NCBI GenBank assembly: GCA_951406725.2
Contig: OX597816.1
Location: 121,830,001 to 121,894,000, forward strand
Length of the DNA: 64,000 bases
Reading direction: 5' to 3'
Source: Octopus vulgaris
Lineage: Eukaryota
Made by a program: the position numbers and the translations under genes. Positions 1 through 13,855 of the stretch are shown here, one piece after another. The notes under the pieces are model-generated. The model saw only the letters and a program-made list of their open reading frames with translations. It had not been told where the DNA came from and ran no database searches. Every line of letters starts with the position of its first letter. Within the stretch, counting starts at the first letter, position 1.

Positions 1-1288
1 GGAAAATTAAAAGTAGTTGAAATACCATCCAACAAAAGTAATTAACACATTTGAAAATTACTGCAATTATGCAGGTCAGGGTAATTTGATTACGTACATG
101 CATATATGTGAGTAGTGACATATATGAGAGGAAGACATAACCAGTGAGCCAAACACATAAAACAACATTGTTTAATAATTTAGTGACCTCCACTGTTAAT
201 TTAAAATTGTGTGACATAATTTTACAAATACCATTTAAGGACAATGAAGATATACAAGCTGATGATGATGATGATAATGATGAAAGTAAAAATAATGAAT
301 TTATTTGCCTGCTGGACAGAAAGGTAAAAGACATTACAAACAGATATATGAGACTATATAAAGTATAGAGTGTGCTATGAATAACAATAAGATAGACAAC
401 TATATGAGTCACCTTGTTCTTCCACCAACACCACCTCTAATGATGTCATTGATAAGTAAAGTGATTCTAATGTCAAAACAACTGGTCAGCTGTCATCTTG
501 AAAATAATATGCTGATCAACAGTCTTATTAAATGTTTTGTTTAGTAAGCAGGACATTGAGATTAGGCTTAAACCACTCACTGCCATTCAATCAAGTCATG
601 AAGCAGATAAAATACAACCAATTGTTAAACTCCAACAATGTATTAACATATGACTAACTGTGAAGTAGATAAAAATATGTAATATGGGAAATAGCTACTT
701 CCTGAAATATTAATCTCATTGAAATATTCCAAAAAGTTTATAAGTTTTTTTTTTTTGTTGTTTTTTTTGCTTTTTCTTGTGAGTATGCACTGAATTGTTA
801 AAAATTGTAGGCCATAGTTTTAGGCATCTGACAGTGTTAACTGTGAATGAGACTGACAACTAATATTAAGCATAACTCAACACTAGTAACAAATGCTTGA
901 AATGATCCATCCTCCCAGCTCCAGAAATGTCTGGGTTGAAAACCTTTGACAATAGATCTGCTTGGCCATGGGCTTCAACAACAACTATTCAAATTAATAT
1001 TACACTGTTGTTCAACTTGTTAAAGATAGCACCCAAATCACCCTCAAATAACACCCTACTGTATTAAAAAAGAGAAAAGACATGAGGAATAATATATCTC
1101 CAGATAAACAGAACAGAAGCACAATCACTGTTTCATATCAAGGAAATAATCATGTACTTCAAGTTCTTGTTTGGGATACCATACAATTAAAACCCTCACA
1201 GTTGTTCTCTTCACAGCCTTTAAACACCTCAGTTATGATCAACTACTACCCTCAACAAAGCTTACCAAAAGCCATCAGAAGGGTACAA

Positions 1289-2633
1289 TTTCCACGTCAG
1301 GAGGGTATGTTTTGATTGTCGTTAGTTTGTCCATCTATGTGCAAAATAACTCAGAAAGTTGTGAACGGTATTCAATGAAACTTGCAGGAAAAGTTGGTAA
1401 TGACACAAGGAACTGATGATGAAATTTTGGTAGTGATCCAGGAATTTTTATGGATTCTTGAAGGATTTTTCATTTGTTATATTTACTTTACATGAAGTAT
1501 TGTTACGTACTTTGATTATCTCCCTTGAAAACACTTCAGCTCCATGTAACCTATGGTGGTGTTGCTGTTTCCAAAGTTTATTTTTGTTTCTCTATTAGTA
1601 ATTTTACTTGCGTATCTATCTTAAAATGAGCTGCTTGGCAGAGGTCTGCAGAGGATGACATGACAAGCCTTGACTATTGGGATCGACTCAAAAAGCTCAG
1701 GCTTTGCTCCCTCCACTGCCGCTGTGAGCTCTATTTCATCTGTATGATGTGGAAAATATTCCATCAACATTGCTCATCTTTAAAATTTGTCCAAGGCTTG
1801 GGCCCCGTGCCATCTGTCCACTATAGAAATGTTCATGTCATATCACAACACTATGACAGAACTATTTCACCTCAATTGGCCCTGTTCTCTTCAACATCGT
1901 GCCAGACACACATAAGGGAGGAAAGTGACTTCACAGCATTCAAACGATCCCTAGATGATTACCCCCAACAAATACCAGATAAACCATCCACACTCAGATA
2001 CGTCTCTGAAAACAATAACCCTCTGCTTGAATGGGCTACGGTTCCCCAGAGCTGACTGTGTATCTCTTCCAGGTGGTGCTAATAAATTAGACATGGCCTG
2101 AGTCAACTTCAGCAGAAACTTATCTAAGTAATCTAATCTATGCTGTAACCTTTTAATCAAAGCATGACAACATGGGTAGAGGCTGATATCTTAACATTTC
2201 TGATGGTCTTAAGTATAAAAAAAAATTATCAAAGATTTATATAGAACTACATTCAGAGTATGTCTATAAGCTATTGTGTTTAGACCTAGTTTCTATCCTC
2301 AAACTGTTCCATTTTGTAGAATGCAATTTTTTTTTTTAATAAAGCCCTCCAAAATTAGAAAAATGAAAAATCTGCAACAATCTCAGTCCCATGAGTATCA
2401 GATAATGGATTTTCAACTGTGTAAAGAAACTGATTGTGGTGATCGTAGTTTTGATGGTGATTGTGGTGAAAGCAGAGACAGTGTTGATGATGATGATGGT
2501 TGAGATAGGTATGGGAGAAGGTTATGGTTTTGCTGGCATTGGTTTGGGAAATTGGGCAATTTAAAGCATGCATGTGTATGGGTGGAAATGAGCTGCTTGG
2601 CAGAGGTCTGCGCTTTCCGAGTGCTTTTCTAGT
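1289..2633 (+). mobile_element. Non-autonomous Helentron/Helitron-associated element(s), HINE-like, interrupted
   Basis: 5' end ggagggtatgttttgattgtcgttagtttgtc; 3' end cttggcagaggtctgcgctttccgagtgcttttctagt (sub-terminal repeat, short hairpin, CTAGT). The 3' motif appears twice (1624-1649 and 2586-2611). Confidence 0.6.
1650..2140 (+). mobile_element. CR1/L2-like LINE 3' fragment
   Basis: Translation LDYWDRLKKLRLCSLHCRCE...FKRSLDDYPQQIPDKP resembles a LINE ORF2 C-terminus. The 3' end ccaggtggtgct...agacatggcctg has a short-repeat tail and recurs in reverse at about 37845-37925. Confidence 0.65.
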
Positions 2634-5600
2634 TTCAGGTAAGTGTCTTCCATCATAGATTTAGATCAAACTGAACTGTGTGAACAAATCTGGCGAATGG
2701 AAACTTTGCAAACGGCTATCAGAGGGAACTATATCAGTTCTTATGTGGACTTGAAGATAACTCAATATTTTGCTGCACTGCTTCCTACAGCAGCAACCCA
2801 TGAGTCATGGTTTTACCACCCTTTCCAAAACAGTCTCAGAGAACTTGTATAAAGACTATAGCTACTGCCTTTTACCTATGACTTAGTCATAAAGTAAAAG
2901 TTCCAAGTCAACCCAGATCCAGTGAACCTATAATCAAAGACCTTCCAGCCATGATTACTCTGTCTTCTAACTAGATAGTATAACAAACACTTCATTACCT
3001 AATAAGTCCCTTACTTTATTTCAGAAGGGTAGAATATGATTCAGCTACTATTTCTAGTAAGTTAAGTGAGCATATAGAAGTTTCCTTTTTAGCATGAGGG
3101 AGATATACTGCTTGCTGAATCTGCCTAATTTAAGAAATAGATTCCAGATTTGGATTCAGAATTAAATGCTTAAGAACAGAAAAATAATATATCCAGGTAT
3201 GAAACACTTGAGGTACACAAATGTTATCTCTCAGTCTGTTTTGTATGTTAACATGCAAAAACTGATGTAAACAAAAGTACTATCGCTATCTCATGATGAA
3301 TATACAGAAATTTTTAAGCTCAATTGAGAATTCTGATGCACTGGAAAACAATTTTAAAATGAAAATAAAATGTCTTCAACTTGAATACATAGGGAAGAGA
3401 GGGCAACTATGTGAAACAAACAATACAATTTGGTGTACAGAATGCCCTTGGCCAAACTAATAACAGTTAGTCAATAATCAGTGTAAGAGTTCAATTAGTT
3501 ACCTAAAGCACTATATCCAGCCTCAATCCAACCAAGGCCTTGTGAGTGGATTTGCTAAAGAGAAAATGAAAAAAGTCTGTTGTATGAGTGTGTGTGTGTG
3601 TACCTCTTCCTCTTGACATTACATTATTGTTGTAAATGAGTGTCACAGTTATACATGCAGTGTCATTTGTTGTTATGGGGAAATGTAAATTTGCTTGAAA
3701 ACAAGTGAAGGTTGACAACAGAAAGGACATCTAGCCATAGGAAATCTGCTTAAACAAATTCTTTTTCACCAATGCAAGTATGGAAAAGTGAGCATTAAGG
3801 TGGTAGCAGTGGTTGTGTTGATGAAATGGTGGCAACAAAACAGTACAAAAATTTTATTTTATATTACTAGCTCAAAAGACACTATTTAGAAATTGCTCAC
3901 AGGCCACTATTGAAAAACTAAGCTGCTACAGCTAAGATGATTATTAGCATTAGATTTCAAATAGCATTAGTACCTAATAAATAAATTAGGGTTCCTGATA
4001 TGTATTGGATAGATAGAATTCTCAACACCAAAGTGTGAAACAAAGAACAGCCTATAAGTAAGCTCCATATTCTAAACCAACAATATCTGAGATGACAAAA
4101 ATATGCTTGATGATTGGCTGCTGAGATTATTCCCAAAGACTTAGATGAAAATATAATCCTTAATGACAGAGTAAACAAAACTAGATTAACACAGGGCCCA
4201 AAATGCTAAAGCAACTGGAACAATCAAAATATTATCATTTTAACATTCATTTTATAACATACAGCATATTGCTGCTTATCTTGGACTTTTTTTGTCACAA
4301 CTGTAGTGCTTCAATGTTATAAAATCTAACTTCAGAAAATCAACATATTACAATATATTAATAGCACTACAGTATTTGTAGTTCTAAGTGAGCAGAAGTC
4401 ACTTTACAGCAAGAACTTGCAACTTTAAAGAGTGATTAATGATGTTAAAATGAAATTTTGCTTTTTCAAAGTGAAAAAATATTGATTTCAAAGTGGGATT
4501 AGGACAAACAAGTTTATTTCATAGAAAATATACCACCAAAATTTCGCTTACAAGTGGTGTTGATGACAAATCCAATATTGTACCTTCATTTATGCTTCAT
4601 AAGGTGATGGATTGTTATTTATTACCATGTACAAATAATCAGGTAGTTCCTCAACTTACACATTGCATCTACCTCAGTTACTCAAATCAATGCTGTAGAT
4701 CGAGAAAGGTCCTTGTAGTCAATCCCTAATCACAATAATATGTAAATTTTGAGCAATGTTGGACAAAGCTATCTTCATGCCTTATAAAATGAACTGCACA
4801 GGAGAAACTACTTTTCAGAACTCTGTATGAAGTTTGGCTTCCAATGGTTGATAAATAGTGGGGTTCTGTTTTTGTTTTATTTATATCAATACTGTATTTT
4901 CTGTATGATAGTCTTCCTTGTTACATCTTTAGATGTAGATACCTGATTTAATTAGCTAAGAACAACCCAAGTTTAAGTTTTGTTTAATTGAAATGTCCTC
5001 ACTTTGAAATAGTTATTGCCCCTTTGAAGTGACAAGTACACACTAAAAATTACAAATACTGCAATAGTAGTTCAATATTTGATATTCTTGATTGATTTCC
5101 TCCAGAAATCTGGTCTACAGGCAAACAGGAAAATAAGTAAGATATAATAAGCTACTGAAATGCTCAACAACAGAAATGAAACCAATCGATTCTATAAAAG
5201 AAAGGTATAATGAGTGGGTGACAGAATCAGTAGAGCATTAGTTGAAGTGAGTTCTTGCTCAGGTCCACCTTGCCCTATTATCTTTCTGTTATTGAATGTT
5301 ATCAACATTAACAAAAGTAGAGATGGCCCAATGTAACTAACAAATCATTGACCAAAATCAGAAAATCTTGGGAACTTTCAAATAACACATGGTGCCACTG
5401 AGACATCAGGTTATGATGAACTCTCCAAAAATGAATACATAAAATATGTATTTATGAAAAAATAAAATCAAGAGAATAAGAAGTCCTATAGAAAACACAC
5501 ACAAAAACCCCACCTCATATAAGGCTTTAAAATGTTGGCCAGATCTAACCCATTAGAGTTAAGGTGAATCAATATACTTAATGTGTCAACAAAAATATGA

Positions 5601-5668
5601 TGGAAGATTATTTTTCCTTGGGTCACGAACTGCCATGTAGATGGCAAACTTGAGGCAAAATTTATTTA

Positions 5669-7169
5669 TGAGGTACATTCCAGAAGTTTTGAGACTTTTT
5701 TTAAGGAGAAACAGTTATAACTGTCTGAGATTTTATTGTCATTATCATCATCGTTTAACGTCCGTTCTCCATGCTAGCATGGGTTGGACGGTTCGACTGG
5801 GGATCTGGGAAGCCAGAAGGCTGCACCAGGCTCCAGTCTGATCTGGCAGTGTTTCTACAGCTGGATGCCCTTCCTAATGCCAACCACTCCATGAGTGTAG
5901 TGGGTGCTATTTACATGCCAGGCGAGGCTGGCAACGGCCGCGATCGGATTGGTGCATTTTATGTGCCACCGGCACAGAAGCTAGTCGAGGCGGCGCTGGC
6001 ATCGGCCACGTTCGGATGGTGCTTTTTACGTGCCACCGGCACAGGGATCACAACTGCAGTTTCCATTGATTTTGATGTTGGTGTACTTGACTCAATGGAT
6101 CTCCTCAAGCACAGGGGCGAAATGGTGTTTCTTCACTTGCCACCTGCACAGGAGTCAGTCCAGCGGTCCTGGCAACTGCCGGGTGCCAGTCATAGGATTG
6201 GTTCAATTTCGATTTCACTTGCCCCAACAGGTCTTCGCAAGCAGAGTTTAGTGTCCAATGAAGGGAGGTTGGCATCGGTGCCTGTCGTTGGATGAGGTTT
6301 GATTTCAACTTTGCTTGCCTCAACAGATCTTCGTGTGTCCAAGGGAGGAAAGGCATGCATAAGTAGGCTGGACTCACTTGTCCTGCCAGGTCTTCGATTT
6401 TAGTATATTATTACTGTACATCTAATAAGTTGGCCTGCTAACATTTTAAAATCCAGATTGAAGGAGTCAGCTGCAAGTGCACTTTGGATACACCCTACTA
6501 AACACTACTTGTCACAGCTGACTAATTTACAGAATGCAGTTGGGATGTGAAGACAATTTGGAAGCTCACTATGCATTAAAGATCTGTGTTAAACAGGGCA
6601 GGAATACTACAGAAAATTATGAAATGCTCCAGCATGTATTTGTATTAACTTGTATGAGTCGAGCATTTGTTTCTCGCTGGTAAAAGAGGCCAGGAAAAGC
6701 AAGTCTGACAGGAAGCTCATGATGATACCCTCTTTTGACAGGAAGGGTAACATCAACATCCACTGGGTTCCCTCTGGTCAGACAGTCAACCAGGCGTACT
6801 TAATGGAGGTTTTGAGTGAGTTCAGGAAGAGATTTCATTGCAAAAGTCCAAAACACATGTACCAAGACAATACAACAGTCCACAATTCCATTGTGGTAAC
6901 TATCTGCTTGAGAGATATGAGCATCAAAATTGTCCCTCACTCTTTCTAAAGTCCTGACTTTGCTCCCAGTTTTGGTTGTTCCCCAAGCTGAAGGAGATCT
7001 GACAAAGTTCTTGGACACCTTCATTTTGGAGAATTTCTATGGGGTCTTCACAAAGTGGTTGGGATGCTACAACAAAAGCACTGAAGTCAGAGGATCCAAC
7101 TTTGAAGGTGATTAGTGTTTTACACTCCTTTGAAAATAATTAAGGTTTCCTCTTCTGAAAAGCACCTTG
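5669..7169 (+). mobile_element. Degenerate mariner transposon with a nested RTE insertion
   Basis: TA-flanked imperfect TIRs (tgaggtacattccagaag / cttctgaaaagcaccttg). Transposase remnant ...LMMIPSFDRKGNINIHWVPSGQTVNQAY...YQDNTTVHNS at 6650-6949. Confidence 0.7.
5742..6396 (-). mobile_element. 5'-truncated RTE LINE copy (ORF end and 3' UTR)
   Basis: Reverse complement closely matches about 53565-54170, with the ccatgctagcatgg hairpin and (GAT)n tail. Confidence 0.85.
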
Positions 7170-7667
7170 TACAGTTCAGATTTAATTTCTAATCACAACT
7201 ATTTCATTTACCTAACTAACACTTTTAAAAAGATAAAGTATAAACATCATAATTTCTGCTCTCCAGCTCCTAATATCAAGATAAATTACCAAAGGATGGA
7301 TATTTCTGATAATGAAAATTCAAGTAATTAACTATTTATAAGTGGGTGGAAATGCTTAGAATTATTTCCTGTATTTTCAAATGACAAAGCAATATTAGTC
7401 ACCATAAACTAATATTGTTTTTATTTTTTCATGATGTAACATTTTTCATGTTCCAAACTTTAAAAATATTATAGCCAATGTAAATATCATGTATCATGTG
7501 GAGGTTGCCCAAGGAATTGTTGAAATTTTAATTTTCTCATTCTCTCTCTTCACACACACAGAATAGCTATCTCATGGATTAGAAATACGACATAACATTT
7601 CTGCTCAAGATTACAAAGCAAAGTAGAGTGTCCAGTTACATTCCAGAACTTGACAATGGATATATAT

Positions 7668-7985
7668 CATCATCATCAACATCAACATCGTTTAGCATCC
7701 GTTTTCCATGCTAGCATGGGTTGAATGGTTCAACTGGGGTCTGGGAAGCCAGAAGGCTGCACCAGGCCCAGTCTGATCTGGCAATGTTTCTACGGCTGGA
7801 TGCCCTTCCTAATGCCAACCACTCCGTGAGTGTAGTGGGTGCGTTTTACGTGCCACCAGCACAGGTGCCAGACGAGGCTGGCAAACGGCCACAATTGGAT
7901 GGTGCTTTTTACATGCCACCAGTACGGAGGCCAGGCGAGGCTGGCAATGGCCACGATCGGATGGTGTTTTTTATATGCCACTGGC
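7668..7985 (-). mobile_element. RTE 3' UTR fragment
   Basis: Same terminal motifs as 54000-54170 (ggatgcccttcctaatgccaaccactccgtgagtgtagtgggtgc). Confidence 0.8.
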
Positions 7986-8459
7986 ATATATATATCTATA
8001 TAATTACCCACCAACTATTAATATTTTTTTCCACAGCATATTTTAATGTTCCAATCATTAAAAAATACTTTAAAATGCACTTAACTCTCTTACACCAGCA
8101 CTTAACTATCGCACTGGTAAGGAAATTAAATAAAGACATTAACATAGATAAGCAGAATAACATTTCCTGGTTCCTAAACACTTATCAATATGAAAGAGAT
8201 GCTTTCATAAATAAAACATGATTTAAAGATGCTTTTATGCCATCATGACTAACACAGATGAGTCAATGAGAGAGAGAGCCTTTACATGGCTATTTGATCC
8301 ACTAGACATATCGGCCTAATATCCCTCAAATCACACACTACCATCTTAATAAAAGGACACTTGACATAATGTGCTCTATATGTCCTAAAGTAAAAGGATG
8401 GTCATGGCTGGAATGATTTTAATTACAGGTCAACTCAATTAAGACTAGGATGCCAGGCT

Positions 8460-8825
8460 AGACAGCAATGACTGTGTGCTTAAGAAGTTTGCTTTGCAAC
8501 ATCATGGTTTTGAGTTGAGTCCCACTGCTCAGCACCTTGGATAAGTGTCTACTGCCATACCTCCAGGTCAACCAATGCCGTGTAAGTGAATTCAGTAGAT
8601 GAAAACTGTGTTGAAGCCTGTCGTGTGTGTTTGTATTCATCCCCTCCACTGCTTGACAACCGGTGTTGGTTTGCTTACATCCCCAAGGCTTAGCAACACA
8701 TAAAAACAAAAAAAAATTATAGAATAAATACTAAACTTAAAAATAAGCACTGGGCTTGGTTTGTTCAACTAAACCCTTCAACACAGTGCCCCAGCATGGC
8801 ACAGTTCAATGACTGAAGATAAAAG
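8460..8825 (+). mobile_element. tRNA-derived SINE
   Basis: Degenerate tRNA-like head and a body shared with copies at about 13920-14305, 24985-25315 and 60180-60335, and in reverse at 11168, 15760, 42468 and 62990. Confidence 0.7.
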
Positions 8826-10537
8826 ATATGTTAGTCAAGTCAAACTGGCGTGGAACATATAAAACAAATATAAAAAAAAGTCAGTAGAGAAAGCAGTTTC
8901 TTTGAGGAAATGGCATAATAACTATCTACCATAAGACAACTTCAAAAGAAGTATTCAGGTACCACCAGATGACCCCTCTTCCCCATGACCTAAAATGCTG
9001 GTGATAAATTCTTTTTGAATTTTCCAATAAAAATGAGCATAATAAACCAGACTATACATGGTTTAACATAGCAAGGGGGGAAAAAAGTGGTTTTATGCAT
9101 AAATTATGCAGCTAGTGATGAGAGAATCTATGGCAGTTTTGAGAAATTATACAGATAGATTTATATAGCATCATCATCATCATCATTTACTGTCTGCTTT
9201 TCCATGCTTGCATGAGTCAGATGGAATTTATTGAAGCAAATTTTGTACAGCCAGATGTCCTTCGTGTTGCTAACCATCACCAGTTTCCAAGCATAGTAAA
9301 TATTTCCCCTTTAACCAGACAGACATGTTTTTTTTTTTACAGAAGATTGGAAATAAAATGAGCTTTTATGATGGTGGTGCTCATTTGATAATGATTACAT
9401 GATGTCAAGACAAGAGAATACACACACACACCATCATAATTTAATATCTGTTTTCCATGCTGGCATAGGTTGGACAGTTTGACCAGACACTGTGAGGCAA
9501 AAGGCTGCAACATGCCCCACATCAGCTCTGACATGGTTCCTATGGCTGGATGCCTTTCCAAGCACCAATCATTTTACAGTGTGTACTGTGATGCCTTCCC
9601 ATACCAGTGGCACTAGTGGGATTGCCAAGTAACTTGCAAGACAAGAAAGAACAAGAAAAGGGGAAAAGGAAAAAGCCCACTTGACTAAGTGGATGTGGAG
9701 TATTGGAGAGGTGATTTTATGCCAGGGATAAACAGAGATATCTTGCTATAGAGAAGATATATGGCTACCCCATATTTACGTAAGGGTGGATGAGAGTATC
9801 AGAGAAACTGGCAAGATGGTAGAGATGGAGTGCCAGAGCAAAACCCTCAAAGAAGCAAGAGATATGGGGGAGAGGGCAGTTATAAGCATGCGAGGGGAGA
9901 GAGAGAGAGAGAGAGAGAGGGTACTAGAGGTGAATGTAAATATGTTGAGGTCATGAACAAGGATGGAGGTGCAGCTTGATGGGAAATATCAGTATGGGTG
10001 GAATGACTGTAAGATGAGAGAGGGGAGTGGCTCAAGGATGATAGTTCAGGAAGTAATGATAGCTAATATGTGAGGAGTTAGGATGAAACATGGCAGGTGA
10101 GAGAGGGGAATGACTGGAGGCTTATGGCCATGATAATAATGAACAAGAGTGATATGAGTGGTGGGAAGACAGTAACTGATAGCAAAAAAAGTTAGGGAAT
10201 GTTGAGAGAAGGGGGTATGTTGAGAGATGAGATGTGGTGGAATACTTGACAAGGCAGTATGGGTGTAAGGACAGCACCCAGTACATGGAGGAGGGGATAA
10301 ATAGGGAGATGAGATGTGGGGAATGCTTGAAAGGGCAGAGTGGGCACAGGGACAGCAATCAGCACATGGGGAAGGGGATAAGAAGGGAGATGAGATGTTG
10401 GGATACGAGGGGTGGGGAATAGGGAGAGGCAATGTGGGGAGACTAGGCTGCTTTTAGTCTGCTACAAAATCTGATCACAAGACTTTGGTCAGCCCATGTC
10501 TATAGTATAAAACACTTACCAAAAGTGTCATATAGAG

Positions 10538-10827
10538 CAGTGCTTCTCAAACTATTTGATTTGGTGTACCAGCAGTTTCTTTTCCAATGTGCCAGGGACC
10601 GGTAATATTTCTTAGTAATATTAATTTATACCAGAAACAATAATGGATATAATAAAAGTTGACAATTTCTTTTTATTTTATATTTGTTTTGTAAACAAAT
10701 AATATTAGTTAAGCATTTTATAAGCATGTTATTATGTTTCTTTCTTTTCTGGAAACTCACCACGTACTGGCAGCTTATGGCTTGCAGACCGGCACCAGTC
10801 CATGGACCACCATTTTGAGTAGCACTG
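10538..10827. mobile_element. hAT (Charlie-like) MITE inserted into a SINE
   Basis: TIRs cagtgcttctcaaa / tttgagtagcactg; 8-bp target-site duplication atatagag / atgtagag. Confidence 0.85.
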
Positions 10828-11167
10828 ATGTAGAGGAACAGAACCTGAGATCATGTGGTTGGGAAGTAAGCTTCTTAACTACACAGCCCAGGGTGCATCT
10901 ATAGATTTATACACATAGATATAAAGACAGTAGATTTCTTTTTATGCTTCAAAAAAATAACTTGGAAACCTATCCCAGCCAAAAAATTGACAATTAGTAG
11001 AACCAAAATTTAAATAAAACAATAAAGATTATACAGGCAAGGGAAATCTAATTATAAAACTCTTATGAATTAAACTGGATATTTAAATGTATTTATAATT
11101 TGTGTGTGTGTATCTCTGTGTCCAACCCATGCTAGGATGGAAAAAGCATGTTAAACAAATGAATTAT

Positions 11168-11384
11168 TTTATTCTTTTACTTGTTTCAGTCATTTGAGTG
11201 CGGCCATACTGGAGCACCGTCTTTACTCGAGCTAATCGACACCTAGGACTTATTCTTTGTAAGCCTAGTACTTATTTTATTGGTCTCTTGCTGAACCACT
11301 AAGTTACGGGAACGTAAACACACTAGCATCGGTTGTCAAGCGATGTTTTGAGGACACACACAAATACATATAATTATATATATA

Positions 11385-11441
<57 letters not shown>

Positions 11442-12010
11442 TGATGGGCTTCTTCCAGTTTCCATCTACCAAATCACGCCACAAGGCTTTGCTTGACCCA
11501 AGGCTATAGTAGAGGACATGTAGTGGGTGCTTTTTATGTGTCATCGGCTCAAGGGCTAGTCAAGCAGTACTGGCATCAACCATGCTTGAATGGTGCTTTT
11601 TAAGTGCCACCCACATGGGAGCCAGTCAGGCGACACTAGCAATGACCACGCTTGAATGATTTTTTTATGTGCCACTAGCACAGGACCAATCAGTCAGCAC
11701 TGGCGTTGACCATGATCGAATGGTGCTTTTTACGTGCCACCGGCACAGGTGCCAATCAAGTGGGACTGTCATTGGCCATGACAACAACTTCACTTGCCTC
11801 AGCAGGTCTTTGCAAGCCCAATTTATTGCCCAATGATTGAAGGGTACTCTTAAATGGGCTGGTTATGTTGCGCTGGCATAGGCTACGGTTATGGTCTTAT
11901 TTGGCATGCCGTGTCTTCTCAAGCACAGCATATCTTCAAAGGTCTTGGTCACTTATCATCACCTCGGTGAGGCCCAACATTTGAAGGTCGTGCTTCACCA
12001 CCTCATCCCA
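11168..12010 (-). mobile_element. SINE with internal TA/CA microsatellite, followed by an RTE-family 3' fragment
   Basis: SINE end ttttacttgtttcagtcatttgagtgcggcc; from about 11520, the RTE 3' UTR tandem units (tggtgctttttacgtgccac). Confidence 0.7.
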
Positions 12011-12599
12011 GAAAGGGATACATATATATAACCTGTGTATATAACATAACCTACATACACATGTGTGTGGAGGTGTGTGGCCAAATTTAAAGTGTTGAGC
12101 ACACAATCAAAATTCACAGGTTTAATTCCTGGACTAAGTGGTATGTTGGCACACCTTGAGTAAGACATTTCAGTTCACTTTGCTCCAGTCTACTAAGCTG
12201 AAAATTAGTACCAGCCCAGTGTTGATATAGTGCTCTCACTCTGTCTCTCTAGCTTTCATACCCAGCATTGTTCAACTAGGTCAAAAGTGAGAGGTCCAAG
12301 AGTGTCTACATTTACTCCTGACTAAATAGACACCTACAGCTGTCAGCAAAAGCATGGTACATACTACTGATACTAGACCATAGTTGTTTAAAATAACTAT
12401 TATACTGCTTTATTTTCATTTTATTTATTTAGATTTACACTACATGTTTTTTTTGTTGCTCTATTTCCTTTCTCTGTGGCAATGAATTATCATGCTAATT
12501 TTTCATTATAAATACTGTATTTTGTAATTTCAAATATCAGTTCAATAACCTAAAACTACTCAGTTGTAATAGAGTGTAACCTCACAACAAAAGGATATA

Positions 12600-13446
12600 C
12601 AGGGTGTTTCTGCTAAATTTGACAGTTTACACAGGAAAAGAAAACAATATCCCAGCCAAAAATAAAGGTATTTTAGAACATCAAAAAATATCAACAAGTT
12701 TATGGCTGAGAGAACGATTTACTCAAAGTAGCTGCTCTCAGCTTCCAGGCAGCTTTTGAACTTGTTGCATGCATTCCTCACAGTTCCTGAGAAGATCTTC
12801 AAACACCTCCTTGATCTTGGCCACTAGCTCAGCCTTGGTGTTGCAAGCAGAATAGTTGGGTGTCTTTCTCAACCATGCTCCCTACACAGTAGTCCATGGG
12901 ATTACAATCAGGGGAATTAGAAGGCCAGAAATTGGAGCTGGTGAAGTCATAGAAATTCTCCGACAACCACTTCCATCTTTATCTGGATGTATGGCAAGGA
13001 GTCAAATCCTGCTGCTACACACATGGCCTTCCAGCAGCTTTATGTAGCTGTCTGAATCAAGCCTATGGCTTTGTTCCTGCAGTTGGGATGAAGTCCAGCA
13101 TGTAGATGCAATCAGAATGCCTGCTGTGTCCCTTCCTGCTAGCCACATCTTCATACTTTGTTGCAGTAGGCCATGGCACGTCTTACAGCCTTTACAGTGT
13201 TTAGAGAGCATTGAACAGCAGTGATAATGTCGGTATTTTGGTACCCTGCACGAATCATCATAAACTGGGTAACTCTTTTCCAATATTCAAATGATTTCCA
13301 GTTCTCCATATTATCTAACTTTTTCTCAATAACAACTTGCATCTTTATGCTCTCCAAAACCATTAACTGTTCATCAATAAATCAAGGTATACCTGAAAAA
13401 TGGAGACATAAAAAAAAAAATCATCAAATTCAGCCCGAATACCTTG
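12600..13446 (-). mobile_element. Degenerate Tc1/mariner (maT/DD37D-like) transposon
   Basis: Imperfect TIRs cagggtgtttctgctaaatttga / tcaaattcagcccgaataccttg. Minus-strand remnants QQDLTPCHTSR and FWPSNSPDCNPMDY. Confidence 0.75.
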
Positions 13447-13463
13447 TGTATGAATATATATAT

Positions 13464-13663
13464 AGTTGGAAAGGGGTTAGTAAATAAAGTTGGAAAAGGC
13501 ACAAAAGTATATTTTAGAGAATGTTTATAGTGAGTCGTTTAAAATATAACTGGTTTCGATGTGTTCAATCTTATTGAAATTTTAAATGACTCACTGTAAC
13601 AAAAATATTAAACATTCACTAAAATATACTTTCGTGAATTTTCCAACTTTGTTTACTTTTTTA

Positions 13664-13699
<36 letters not shown>

Positions 13700-13798
13700 T
13701 AATATTAAAATACCTTTTAAGGTGAAATTTATAAACAACTTATAAATAAGGGCAAAGGAAATTGGAATGTTTTCTTTTGCCCTTGTTTATAAGTTGTT

Positions 13799-13800
<2 letters not shown>
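13464..13800. repeat. Two AT-rich imperfect palindromes in TA microsatellite (Penelope-like pLTR remnants)
   Basis: aaagttggaaaaggcacaaaagtatattttag pairs with ctaaaatatactttcgtgaattttccaacttt; ataaacaacttataaataagggcaaa pairs with tttgcccttgtttataagttgtttat. Confidence 0.6.

Positions 13801-13855
<55 letters not shown>

Noticed and set aside
5771-6295. 174-aa ORF (and similar ORFs at 7721, 30713 and 53682-54141)
   Set aside because: Chance ORFs in the GC-richer RTE 3' UTR repeats; the reading frames are not conserved between copies.
9700-10440. Purine-rich stretch with Pro/Ser-rich minus-strand ORFs
   Set aside because: Low-complexity GA-rich sequence attached to a repeat, with no splice signals or domain motifs seen.
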